Assembly: GCA_050949565.1 (NCBI GenBank)
Contig: JBMNFY010000001.1
Span: 96,001 to 160,000, forward strand
Length of the DNA stretch: 64,000 nucleotides
Direction: 5' to 3'
Origin: Kiritimatiellia bacterium
Lineage (GTDB): Bacteria > Verrucomicrobiota > Kiritimatiellia > RFP12 > UBA1067
This document shows positions 9,774 through 19,337 of this stretch, piece after piece. The notes under the pieces were generated by a model. It saw only the letters and a list, made by a program, of their open reading frames with translations. It made no database searches and was not told the origin of the DNA. The position numbers and the translations under genes were made by a program. Each line of letters opens with the position of its first letter. Within the stretch, counting starts at the first letter, position 1.

Positions 9774-12227
9774 GTGAATGCGAAAACCATTTTGACATTT
9801 GCTTATGCGGGCCTGTTTGCGGCCACCGCCAGCGCCGCCCCGCTCGGCGTGACGGTCAATGACATCATGCTCGACTCCGACGGCGCATCCGACATCGGCT
9901 GGACATACGAACCGGCCACCTCGAACCTCGTGCTTTCCGGCGCGGGTCCCTTCACGCTGGCCGGCACGAACACGGAAGGGGCTGTGCGCGTCGTGGTCCC
10001 GACGGATGTAACGAATACAGTCAAGCTCGCGAACCTGACGCTCAAAGCGACGAGTGCAAATCAATGCGCCTTCGAGCTGGGAACGCGTGCCAACGTCTCG
10101 CTCATCCTCGCAGGCGCGAACACGCTCGCATCGGGCAGCAACCGCGCGGGGCTCCAAGTTGCGGTGGGGCGGACCCTCTCCATCACCAACGCGCCGGGCG
10201 ACGAGACGGCATCGCTCTCCGCCACAGGCGGAGGCAGCAGCGCGGGCATCGGCAGCGGCTACAACATCAACGGCGGCAGGGTGACCATCAACGGCGGGGA
10301 AATCACGGCCAAGGGCGGCAGCAACGGCGCGGGCATCGGCGGCGGCTACTATGGCGACGGCGGCAGGGTGACCATCAACGGCGGCACGGTGATGGCGCAG
10401 GGCGGCAGCTACGGCGCGGGCATCGGCGGGGGCTACTATGATCACGGCGGCATCGTGACCATCAACGGCGGAGAAATCACGGCCACGGGCGGGAGCTGCG
10501 CCGCAGGCATCGGCGGAAGCTACAATCGAAGCGGCAACACGACCATCAACGGTGGCACGGTCACGGTCAAGGGCGGTCTCGACGGCGCAGGCATCGGCGG
10601 CGGCTACAAGCGTTCCTGCGGCACGGTGGCCATCACCGGCGGCATCGTGCAGGCAGTGAGCCTGGGCCACGGCGCGGGCATCGGCAATGCCTTCGAAGCA
10701 AGCGCGGGAGGAACGGTCTACAATCTCCGGCGGTACGGTCACGGCTACGGGCGGCGATTATGCCGCCGGTATCGGTGGCGGTAACAACGGCGGCGGCTGC
10801 GCGGTCGAAATCTCCGGCGGCACAGTGACGGCGACAGGCGGCTACTACGGCGCGGGCATCGGCGGCGGCCAATACAGAGACGGTTGCACAGTCGAAATCT
10901 CCAGTGGCACAGTGACGGCGACAGGCGGCCAGTGCGGCGCGGGCATCGGCGGCGGTTATGGCGGCACCGGCGGCACGAACATCATTTCCGGCGGCACGGT
11001 CGCGGCGACGGGGGGCCGCTACGGTGCCGGCATCGGCGGCGGCATCGGCGGCGCAGGCGGCGCAGTGACCATCAGCGGCGGTATCGTGACAGCCACAGGC
11101 AGCGACTTTTACGGTGCGGGCATCGGTGGTGGCGGCGGTGGCGGTGGCGGCGTGGTGACCATCTCCGGAGGCACCGTCACGGCCAACGGCGTCCTTTTGG
11201 GCGCGGGTATAGGCTCGGGCGGCTATGCCGACGCGTCATCCGGCGGCGACGGCGGTACGGTGACCATCACCGGCGGCTCCGTCACGGCCGGCGGCGGCGA
11301 TTTCGCGGCCGGCATCGGCGGCGGCGATGGCGACGCGGGCGGCACGACAACTATCTCCGGCGGCGAGATCACCGCTACCGGCGGCCAATACGGCGCCGGC
11401 ATCGGCGGCGGCAACAACAACGGGGTCATCGAAGGAAACACCATCGAGAACGCAGGCCCGGGCGGCACGGTGAACATCACCGGCGGACGGGTTACCGCGA
11501 CCGGCGGCAAGTGTGCCGCGGGCATCGGTGGCGGTACCGGCCAGCAGGTTGCTGGCAGTGAAGGTGCAGTCCTGACCGTCTCCGGCGGCACGGTCTTCGC
11601 GATCGGCGGCGCGGGCGGTGCGCCGGGCATCGGCCCCGGCCTTGGCAATGTGGAGGAAGGCGACACCGGGAACTTGCCGGAGGCCTCCGGCACGAGCCTC
11701 TTCACCGGTGGCTCCATCCGCATTGATGGCGGCTATGCAGCAGCCGCGCCCTCGAACAGCTTACGGAGCGCGTCTGGTGCGTGACGGTGACGAACCTCAC
11801 GCCCAATGCGGCAGTCGTCGTAACAGCGCTCGGCGCCTACGGCGTCGTCGACCTCTTCGCCGATGAAACCGGCAAGCTCTACCTCTGGCTACCCAACGAC
11901 GACTACGCCTTCACGGCGGGTGGCTTTGGTTACACGGCGACCGTCGCCGGTGCGGCGGCCACGGCTACCCGTAGCCTCCCCGTGCCGGTCTTCGCCACGG
12001 ACGGATCGGCGATTGTTGTCAGCGGCACGACGCTCTCCATCAAGATCACCAACGCCCAGGTCGGGGCTTATTACACGCTCTACTGGACGGACACGCTGGG
12101 CGGAACCTGGAATAAAGGCCCGAGCATCCAAGCGGCGACGGGTGGCGACCTCGTCCTCACAACGAACATCGACGCGACGGCGTCGTGCCGCTTCTTCAAG
12201 GTGAGGGCCAGCGAAACCCAGCCGTAG
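9774..12227 (+). CDS. Secreted Gly-rich GAGIGGG-repeat surface protein, paralogue 3 (1 module); frameshifts at about 10720 and 11765 (pseudogene or sequence error)
   Basis: ORFs 9627..10784, 10687..11784 and 11781..12227 join into one paralogue. Leader AACCCAAAGGAACACCAT(T/G) and N-terminus NAKTILT are shared with paralogue 2; GTG start; ends RFFKVRASETQP. Confidence 0.75.
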
Positions 12228-12235
12228 GGTGGGGG

Positions 12236-12288
12236 AGGGCAAGAGACAAGAGACGAGGTGTCTCCTCTTGTCTCGCGCCTCTTGCCCT
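12236..12288. repeat. Inverted GAGACAA-type heptamer hairpin (no ORF inside), followed by a CCTAAAT/CCTAACC-type heptamer run
   Basis: AGGGCAAGAGACAAGAGACGAGG...CCTCTTGTCTCGCGCCTCTTGCCCT, then CCTAACCCCAACTCCTAAATCCTACCTCCTAAATCCC. Confidence 0.75.
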
Positions 12289-12340
12289 CCTAACCCCAAC
12301 TCCTAAATCCTACCTCCTAAATCCCAAATTCCAACCAGCC

Positions 12341-13780
12341 ATGAACAACACAACCACCAACCACAACACCCCATCTCGCATGATGCGCCTTTGCGCCTTC
12401 GCGCTCGCGCACATCGTGACCCTCCTCCCCCTGACCGCATCCGCCGCCGGCTTTGGCGGCGAAACCTGCGGTCGCTACACGTACACGATCGATGAAAACA
12501 AAGCCATTATCATAGGCTTCGACGACTACGAATACGAAGGCGACCTCATCATCACCAATCAACTCGACAACTACACTGTCACGGGTATTGGCCAGAGTGC
12601 CTTTGCCTACCGTTCCACCCTCACGTCCGTGACCATCCCCGACACCGTCACGACCATCGAATACCGGGCCTTCGCGAACTGTGCCTCCCTCACGAACCTC
12701 TTCATCCCCAACAGCGTCACCAACATCGACTATGGTGCCGATCATGGTGTCGTTCAAGGAAGTCCTTTGCTCATCCACATCACCGTTGCGGATGACAACG
12801 AAACCTACGCCGACATCGACGGCGTGCTGTTCGACAAAGCATGCTCCACCCTGCTGGCTTGTCCCAACGGCCGCGCCGGTGCCTACGCGATCCCCGACGG
12901 CGTCACGACCATCGTTGCCGAAGCCCTCAGGTACTGCACGGCCCTCACCAGCATCACCCTTCCCGACAGCCTTGCGACCATCGGCAAAGACGCCTTCGAG
13001 GACTGCACGTCCCTCACCAACATCACCGTGGCAGCGGACAACCCGAACCATGCCAGCGAAGACGGTGTGCTGTTCGACAACGGTCTTACCACATTGCTGA
13101 CATGTCCCGCCGGTTTCTCCGGCGCCTACGCCGTCCCCGACGGCGTGACCGCCATCGCCGATTGGGCTTTCCGTAATCGTACCGGTCTCACGGCCGTCAC
13201 CCTCCCCGACACCGTCACGACCATCGGATACCAAGCCTTCGATTGCTGCACCGCCCTGACCTCCATCACCATTCCCGATAGCGTCACGAACATCAGTTAC
13301 GGCGCCTTCGCGGATTGTACCGCTCTGCCGTCCATCATCATCCCCGGAAGCGTGAAGCACCTCGAATCCTATACCTTCGGCGGCTGTGAATCCCTGACCT
13401 CCGTCCTCTTCACCGGCAACGCCCCAACACCCGATTGGTATAACAACGCTTTTGCCTATACATCCCCCACACTCACATTCTACTATCTCCCCAACACAAA
13501 AAATTGGGGGGCCAAATTCTACGGGCGTCCCGTTGTCTGCTGGAATCCTGCCTTCAGCACCATCCCGCCGCCGCAAATCGACGCCTCGGGCGCGTTTGCC
13601 TTTACCCTCACCGGCAATACGGACATCCCCGTCCGCGTCGAAGCCTGCGACAATCTTGTCTCCACGCTATGGGTCACCGTCACCAATGCCACCATGTCAA
13701 GCGACGGCACCCTTGACTTCACCGACCCCGACGCCGCCTCCCATCCCTCGCGTTTCTACCGCTTCACCTTCCCGCATTAA
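12341..13780 (+). CDS. BspA-type leucine-rich-repeat (LRR_5) surface protein
   Basis: Repeated LTSVTIPDTVTTIxxxAFxxC and DGVLF motifs; signal peptide ..LLPLTASA; C-terminal DFTDPDAASHPSRFYRF. Confidence 0.9.
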   Translation: MNNTTTNHNTPSRMMRLCAFALAHIVTLLPLTASAAGFGGETCGRYTYTIDENKAIIIGFDDYEYEGDLIITNQLDNYTVTGIGQSAFAYRSTLTSVTIPDTVTTIEYRAFANCASLTNLFIPNSVTNIDYGADHGVVQGSPLLIHITVADDNETYADIDGVLFDKACSTLLACPNGRAGAYAIPDGVTTIVAEALRYCTALTSITLPDSLATIGKDAFEDCTSLTNITVAADNPNHASEDGVLFDNGLTTLLTCPAGFSGAYAVPDGVTAIADWAFRNRTGLTAVTLPDTVTTIGYQAFDCCTALTSITIPDSVTNISYGAFADCTALPSIIIPGSVKHLESYTFGGCESLTSVLFTGNAPTPDWYNNAFAYTSPTLTFYYLPNTKNWGAKFYGRPVVCWNPAFSTIPPPQIDASGAFAFTLTGNTDIPVRVEACDNLVSTLWVTVTNATMSSDGTLDFTDPDAASHPSRFYRFTFPH

Positions 13781-13840
13781 ACGTGAGCGTTGAATCGCGC
13801 CCCGAGAGTCGGTACACTGTTCGGCACATGAGCAGTACGA

Positions 13841-14125
13841 ATGAATCATAGCGAGAACGGGCATCCGGACGGTGCGCCGCAACAGGTCGAGTATCCCGCG
13901 ATCTTTCATTTCCGCGTGATCACGGAAGCGTCATCCGCTGCGGAGCCGGAACTGACGGTGGTGCTGGCCGCCTACCGGGTGATCGAGCCGCTTGCGGCGT
14001 CGCGTGCGTCATCCTCGGGCCGGTATTGTGCCTACAGTGTTTCGATCGAACTGCAGACGCCGGATGAGTTGCGCACGCTTGATGCGGCGTTGAAGCGGGT
14101 GCCGGGTGTCCGTATGGTGCTGTAG
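13841..14125 (+). CDS. DUF493 / YbeD-family protein
   Basis: VEYPAIFHFRVI...SSSGRYCAYSVSI...LKRVPGVRMVL matches the YbeD-like pattern; 94 aa. Confidence 0.75.
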   Translation: MNHSENGHPDGAPQQVEYPAIFHFRVITEASSAAEPELTVVLAAYRVIEPLAASRASSSGRYCAYSVSIELQTPDELRTLDAALKRVPGVRMVL

Positions 14126-14132
14126 GGGCGAT

Positions 14133-15254
14133 ATGGCAGAGGTGGTGCTAGAGAAGGTGTGCAAGGAGTACGACGGCGGCGTGCGCGCGGTTGACGCGTT
14201 CAGCCTGGTGGTCCGCGACGGTGAGTTTCTGGTGCTGGTCGGCCCTTCCGGATGTGGCAAGTCGACCACGCTGCGTATGGTCGCAGGACTCGAGACGATC
14301 TCATCCGGCACGATCAGCATCGGCGGCCGCTGCGTGAACACGGTGCCGCCGAAGGATCGCGACATCGCGATGGTTTTTCAGAACTACGCGCTCTATCCGC
14401 ACATGACGGTCTATGACAACATGGCTTTCGGGCTCAAGCTGCGGGGCTTTCACAAGCGTGAAATCGAGAAGCGGGTCGGCGAAGCGGCGGAGATTCTGGG
14501 GCTGGGCGACCTGTTGCGGCGTTTACCCAAACAGCTCTCGGGCGGGCAGCGTCAGCGGGTGGCGCTGGGGCGCGCCATCGTGCGCAAGCCGCAGGTCTTT
14601 CTGTTTGACGAGCCGCTCTCTAATCTGGATGCCAAGATGCGCGTGGAGATGCGTAGCGAGTTGAACCGCCTGCACCAGCGGCTGAAAGCCACCATGATCT
14701 ATGTGACGCACGATCAGGTCGAGGCGATGACCATGGGCGACCGCATCGTGGTGATGGCGGACGGCACGATCCAGCAGGTGGCACCACCGCTAGAGGTCTA
14801 CCGCCGACCGGCGAACCTCTTTGTCGCCGGATTTATCGGGACGCCGCCGATGAATATGCTGCGGGGGCGCTTCGAGCTTCAGGAGGGCGGCGGTTGCTTT
14901 CGGCATGCACAGGGCGTGATCGCGCTGCCGGCGCGCTGGAGCGCCGCCCTGCAGCCGTTCACCGGACGCGAGCTGCTGATGGGGTTCCGGCCGGAATCGT
15001 TGGGCGGCGCAGCGTCGCCGGACACGGCGCAGGATGCGATCTGCGGCACGGTGGATGTTGTCGAGCCGATGGGCGCGGAGACCTTCGTCCAGGTGCTGAT
15101 GTCCGACGGCACCCGTATCGTGGCGCGGGTAGGGGCGGAGTGTACGTTCGTGCCGGGCACGATGGTGGCACTGCCGCTGGACTGCGGTCAGCTCCGGTTT
15201 TTCGAGGCCGAGAGCGGGAAGGCCATTCCGGCCGAGGACGAGGAGGTGCGGTGA
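14133..15254 (+). CDS. Sugar ABC transporter ATP-binding protein (MalK/MsiK/UgpC family)
   Basis: Walker A GPSGCGKST, MVFQNYALYPHM, LSGGQRQRVALGR, DEPLSNLDA, YVTHDQVEAMT, TOBE-like C-terminus. Confidence 0.95.
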   Translation: MAEVVLEKVCKEYDGGVRAVDAFSLVVRDGEFLVLVGPSGCGKSTTLRMVAGLETISSGTISIGGRCVNTVPPKDRDIAMVFQNYALYPHMTVYDNMAFGLKLRGFHKREIEKRVGEAAEILGLGDLLRRLPKQLSGGQRQRVALGRAIVRKPQVFLFDEPLSNLDAKMRVEMRSELNRLHQRLKATMIYVTHDQVEAMTMGDRIVVMADGTIQQVAPPLEVYRRPANLFVAGFIGTPPMNMLRGRFELQEGGGCFRHAQGVIALPARWSAALQPFTGRELLMGFRPESLGGAASPDTAQDAICGTVDVVEPMGAETFVQVLMSDGTRIVARVGAECTFVPGTMVALPLDCGQLRFFEAESGKAIPAEDEEVR

Positions 15255-15868
15255 TGCGGCTCGGTATTCTCGGCGGCAGTTTCAATCCGATCCACATCGG
15301 CCATCTTCTGATGGGCTGCGCGGCGGCGGAAGCCTTTCAGCTTGATCGCGTGTTGCTGATGCCCTGTGCGGTATCGCCATTCAAAGTTGGTGCGACGGAC
15401 TTGGCACCGGGCTCGGATCGGCTGGAGATGGTGCGGCGCAGCGTGGCCGGTGATCCGCTTTTCGAGGCGTCGGACCTCGACCTGACGCGCGGCGGGGTGT
15501 CGTATACGGTCGAGACGGTGCGGACTCTGCATGCGCGCTATCCCAAGGCGCATCTCTTTTTTATTATTGGCGGGGATTCGCTACGCGAACTTTCGCGTTG
15601 GTACAAGATCGACGAGATACTGACGTTGTGCGACGTGATTACGGTGTTGCGGCCGGGCGTGTCGCTGGTGCTTGACGAGGCGCTGGAGCCCTTCCCCGAA
15701 GCGGTACGCGCGCGTCTGCGGCAGCACATGCTCCAAGGGCGCACTTGCGAGGTTTCTTCTTCGGAGATACGGAGAAGAATTGCCGAAGGGCGTTCAATCC
15801 GTTATCTTGTGTGTCCTGAAGTCGAGGCCTATATCCGCGAGCGCGGCTTATACGCTACCGACAAATGA
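15254..15868 (+). CDS. nadD: Nicotinate-nucleotide adenylyltransferase
   Basis: GILGGSFNPIHIGHL, SYTVETV, FIIGGDS, VSSSEIR; adjacent to rsfS. Confidence 0.93.
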   Translation: MRLGILGGSFNPIHIGHLLMGCAAAEAFQLDRVLLMPCAVSPFKVGATDLAPGSDRLEMVRRSVAGDPLFEASDLDLTRGGVSYTVETVRTLHARYPKAHLFFIIGGDSLRELSRWYKIDEILTLCDVITVLRPGVSLVLDEALEPFPEAVRARLRQHMLQGRTCEVSSSEIRRRIAEGRSIRYLVCPEVEAYIRERGLYATDK

Positions 15869-15877
15869 TGAGGAAAC

Positions 15878-16231
15878 ATGGCCATTCAACCTGAACAGAT
15901 AGCACGGGAAGCGGCGGCGGCGCTGGACGCCAAGCAGGCGGAGGATATCCGCATTTACGATGTCCGCGGGATTTCTAACCTCACCGACTTCACGGTCGTG
16001 GCGACCGGCACATCGGAACCGCACCTCAAGGCGCTAGTTTCGGAGGTGCAACGCCGCACGAAGGCGTCGGACGTTGCCAGCTACCGCACATCGGGCACGC
16101 CGGACAGCGGCTGGGTGGTGGTGGACTTCGTGCATGTCGTGGTGCACGTCTTCTCACCTGAGGCGCGCGCGTATTACGCCATCGAGAAGCTGTGGGCTAC
16201 AGCCACAGAGATTCCGCTTCCTCAGTCCTGA
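15878..16231 (+). CDS. rsfS: Ribosome silencing factor (Iojap)
   Basis: KQAEDI..YDV..ISNLTDFTVVATG, GWVVVDF..VVVHVFS.E.RAYY.IEKLW. Confidence 0.92.
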   Translation: MAIQPEQIAREAAAALDAKQAEDIRIYDVRGISNLTDFTVVATGTSEPHLKALVSEVQRRTKASDVASYRTSGTPDSGWVVVDFVHVVVHVFSPEARAYYAIEKLWATATEIPLPQS

Positions 16232-16607
16232 AGAAGCCGTCCTCATTCAACCCCTGTATCTCCATCAGCAGGCTTGCAAAGCTGGCTGTGGATTCGTCGA
16301 TGTGCGCGGCGGCGGCCGGTTGCTGCGCCAAGCCCTGCGTCTCCTGTCCGGCACGTTGCGACGCGAACCAGAAGGCTGTTCCGCCCAGCAACAGCGCGAG
16401 CGACGCCGCGGCCGCCAAGATGCGTCCCAACGGCCACGTTGGACGCGCCCGGCTGGCGGCCACGCGCCGCGCTTCCTCGCGAATCGCCTGTTCCACCCGC
16501 GTGGAAGGCCCACCAAGACATTCAAAGCCCTGCCGGACGCGGGGGGCGAGTTCAAGCAGTTCGCGGTCAATGGCCGCGATCTCGTCAAAAGGTGTCTGCG
16601 TCTTCAT
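16197..16607 (-). CDS. Putative single-pass anti-sigma factor
   Basis: Directly downstream of the ECF sigma factor; hydrophobic ILAAAASLALLLGGTAFWF segment. Confidence 0.6.
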   Translation of the reverse strand: MKTQTPFDEIAAIDRELLELAPRVRQGFECLGGPSTRVEQAIREEARRVAASRARPTWPLGRILAAAASLALLLGGTAFWFASQRAGQETQGLAQQPAAAAHIDESTASFASLLMEIQGLNEDGFFRTEEAESLWL

Positions 16608-16610
16608 CGT

Positions 16611-17195
16611 TTAATCCTCCTCCTCCGCCAACCACTTCTTCAGTTTACCCATTGCGTCGTGCATGCGTCCCAGCGCGGTATTCAGCGGGATGTCCAGCGT
16701 GGCGGCAATCTCGTTGAAGGTCAGGTTTCCCTGAACGCGCATCAGAAAGACCTCGCGCTGTACTTCAGGCAGCATCATGACCGCCTGCATCACGCGCTGC
16801 GCCATGTCATCCAACTCCACCCGCTCTGTCGGCCCCGCCTCTGTTGCGGCCAGGCGCTCGACCAGTGGATTATCCTCGGCATCGGCCACTGCGTCCAAGC
16901 TGATGGTCGGCTTGCTTTTGCGGCGGAAGTCGATCAATAGGTTGCGTGCGATCTTCCACAGCCACGCCCGGAACGATACATCCTTGAAACGCGCCGCATG
17001 ACGGATCACGCGGAACCAAACCTCCTGAAACAGATCCTCGGCGTCGGCGCGGTTCGCGGTCATACCCAGCAGCCAGGCAAACAGGGGTTGCCGGTAACGG
17101 TCTACTAGCTTGTCTAAGGCCGTTGTGTCGCCCTGCGCGAAGGCTTGGAGCAGCTCGGCATCACTGATGTCAGGCTCTGGCATGGTTGCTTTCAT
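16611..17195 (-). CDS. ECF RNA polymerase sigma-70 factor
   Basis: DAELL..F..GD..AL..LV.RY, DAEDLFQEVW, SFRAWLWKIARN..ID, LPEVQREVF, EIAATLDIPLNT; start at ATG 17195 or 17183. Confidence 0.92.
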   Translation of the reverse strand: MKATMPEPDISDAELLQAFAQGDTTALDKLVDRYRQPLFAWLLGMTANRADAEDLFQEVWFRVIRHAARFKDVSFRAWLWKIARNLLIDFRRKSKPTISLDAVADAEDNPLVERLAATEAGPTERVELDDMAQRVMQAVMMLPEVQREVFLMRVQGNLTFNEIAATLDIPLNTALGRMHDAMGKLKKWLAEEED

Positions 17196-17278
17196 ACTGC
17201 TAAACGATAGACGTTGCGATTTATTGGCGAAAATCTTATTATTTTGCTCAAAACGATCAAGCAGGAAATTATCATTTG

Positions 17279-17378
17279 ACATGATTAACATGATTAACAT
17301 GATTAACATGATTTGGAGGGCGAGTGTCCCCACGAGCCGCCGAGGCGGGCAATGGAGGGCGAGTGTCCCCACGAGCCG
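17279..17378. repeat. 9-mer tandem repeat (ACATGATTA x ~4) plus two 26-bp direct repeats
   Basis: 17279-17313 ACATGATTA tandem; TGGAGGGCGAGTGTCCCCACGAGCCG at 17314-17339 and 17353-17378. Confidence 0.9.
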
Positions 17379-17397
17379 TCTTCCGCTGTGCGGAAGG

Positions 17398-19152
17398 ATG
17401 GTTTCGATTTTCACTGCGGAGCACCAAAAATCTCTGCGTCTCTGCGTCTCTGCATTAAAAAAACGTTCAACGCTCAATTTTCTATCAGCGCTGGCCGCGC
17501 TGATATGGGGAGCGGGATGCGCGTCGCTGCCGCCGGCGGATGGCGGGGCGACCACGATCGCGCACTATCAGGCACAGGCCGTCAAAATGCGGGGATTGGA
17601 GCTGCAGCGTGAGATTTCAATCGAGCGGGAAACGCGCGAACAGATGCGCGTGTCGTTCGTAAAGGAGCTGGAGAAAGACGAAAACCGCGAATTCCTGTCG
17701 CAAACCGAGTTGCTTTTGCACCAGTTCCGTCTGCTCCCGCACGAGACGTCGCTCGCACCCCTTTTTCTCGAACTGATGAACGATCAGGTGGCGGCTTACT
17801 ACGACCCCGAGAAGAAACGATTGGTGGCTGTCGATGGGCCTTTGATGCAGGCCAACAAAGACTCGAATGTCAGCCGCAAGATTCCCGGCATGGAGCGTTT
17901 CGTGTATGTGCATGAATTCTGCCACGCGATCGAAGACGACCACTTTGATCTGGAGCGTCTGATGCGCGATGCCTCGAATGATCTGGATAGCAGCATGGCG
18001 CTGACGGCCTTCACTGAAGGCAACGCCATGCTGGTCGGGCTGGACGGACTGCTCGATAACTACGGGGTGCCGATGACCTCGGCTTCGCCCTTTACGGCGT
18101 GGGCGCTGGGTTTGCTGCGTCGACTCGATCTGGAGGATGCGGCCAAAGAGCTTGAAGGAACGCCGCCTTTTTTGATCTCCGCGCTGGTGCGCCCGTATCT
18201 GGACGGCACCGTCTTTTGCAACCGTCTGCGGTATGATGCGGGTTGGGGCGCCATCGACTGCGTTTACACCCAGCGCCTGCCGGCCACCACCGCCGAGATC
18301 CTTTATCCGGAGCGCCGTTATCTGGCGGGCTTCCAAGCCGCCACGTTCGAGCCCGACCCCGGATTGCTACAGGAGGCCACGCACGGGATTTCGACCAATC
18401 GTCTGGGGGCGCTCGGTATCGCGCTGTGGCTGAACGGCGACCGGCTTGACGCGCCCTCGCGTTACAGTTTCCTGAGGGGGTGGATGGGGGACTGTGTCTA
18501 CTTTCTTAAGGGCGAACGGCAAGAGATCCAGACGGTCTGGTTGAGTCTCTGGGAACGTCCGTCCATCGCGCGCGCTTTCTGTCGCGCGGCCCGGCGGCGA
18601 CTGAAGGAGGAGTTTGCGGGCGAACCGTATGCCGTGCAGCGTGACGGCGCGCGCGTGGCGATCGTCTGGGGGTGCGCCGACGCGGCGGCCTGCGACCGGC
18701 TGATGGCCTGTGCGCGGCGCTCGCGTGTCGATGCGGAGCGGCCCGGCTGGTTGGCGTCGGTCATACATGATCTGCCGTTACCGCTGCGTCTGCCACACTA
18801 TCCCGGTTTCTCGTCGGGGGTGGAGGTGTTGGGCGGCTGGGCAGTCGATGTACACGGCGGCGAAGGTTTCTTTCACGGCACGTTGGCGGGCGGTTTGCTT
18901 AGGACGGAGTGGAATCCCGACCGTCATGCGGTGGGCGCTGCGTGGGGCCTCCTGTCGCACACATCCGACGCGTGCGCCGACTACACCTATTGGAGGTTGC
19001 CGCTGCTGGCCTCGTGGCACCGCCGCGGTTCGGGCGAGACGGTGCGTTATCGTTGGCGCGTGCTTGGGGGCGTGCTGGCGGATGGCGACGAGCGGCGCGT
19101 CCGGCTGCTGTTTGTGCCGGTTTGGCGCGGACGTCGTGATTCGGGCGGTTGA
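17398..19152 (+). CDS. Putative lipoprotein with zincin-like HExxH motif
   Basis: Lipobox-like LIWGAGC; QVAAYYDPEKK..., VHEFCHAIEDDHFDL, AFTEGNAM, PYLDG; start uncertain. Confidence 0.6.
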   Translation: MVSIFTAEHQKSLRLCVSALKKRSTLNFLSALAALIWGAGCASLPPADGGATTIAHYQAQAVKMRGLELQREISIERETREQMRVSFVKELEKDENREFLSQTELLLHQFRLLPHETSLAPLFLELMNDQVAAYYDPEKKRLVAVDGPLMQANKDSNVSRKIPGMERFVYVHEFCHAIEDDHFDLERLMRDASNDLDSSMALTAFTEGNAMLVGLDGLLDNYGVPMTSASPFTAWALGLLRRLDLEDAAKELEGTPPFLISALVRPYLDGTVFCNRLRYDAGWGAIDCVYTQRLPATTAEILYPERRYLAGFQAATFEPDPGLLQEATHGISTNRLGALGIALWLNGDRLDAPSRYSFLRGWMGDCVYFLKGERQEIQTVWLSLWERPSIARAFCRAARRRLKEEFAGEPYAVQRDGARVAIVWGCADAAACDRLMACARRSRVDAERPGWLASVIHDLPLPLRLPHYPGFSSGVEVLGGWAVDVHGGEGFFHGTLAGGLLRTEWNPDRHAVGAAWGLLSHTSDACADYTYWRLPLLASWHRRGSGETVRYRWRVLGGVLADGDERRVRLLFVPVWRGRRDSGG

Positions 19153-19218
19153 ATCGACGGAATCGAATGATTCGAATGAGTCGATTCCCGCGACTCACTT
19201 ACAAGTTTTTGGTATGAT

Positions 19219-19319
19219 GAGACTCTTGCGAAACCCCTCGCGTGCAAGTGTGGCACGGGCATCTTGCCCGTGTTTCATGGGCGGGACGCCCATGCCACAA
19301 GAGGTTTTGCATAAGTCTC
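19219..19319 (+). repeat. REP/MITE-like element copy 2 with outer inverted termini
   Basis: Core 19250-19298 identical to 5515-5563; termini GAGACTCTTGCGAAACC / GGTTTTGCATAAGTCTC. Confidence 0.88.
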
Positions 19320-19337
19320 CAAAGCGAAAGAGAAATT

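Noticed and set aside
1-12227. PE-PGRS or collagen-like assignment
   Set aside because: No PE domain or Gly-X-Y periodicity; the repeat is GAGIGGG/TVxISGG with Sec signal peptides
17314-17378. Mini CRISPR array
   Set aside because: Only two 26-bp repeats with a 13-bp spacer; no cas genes
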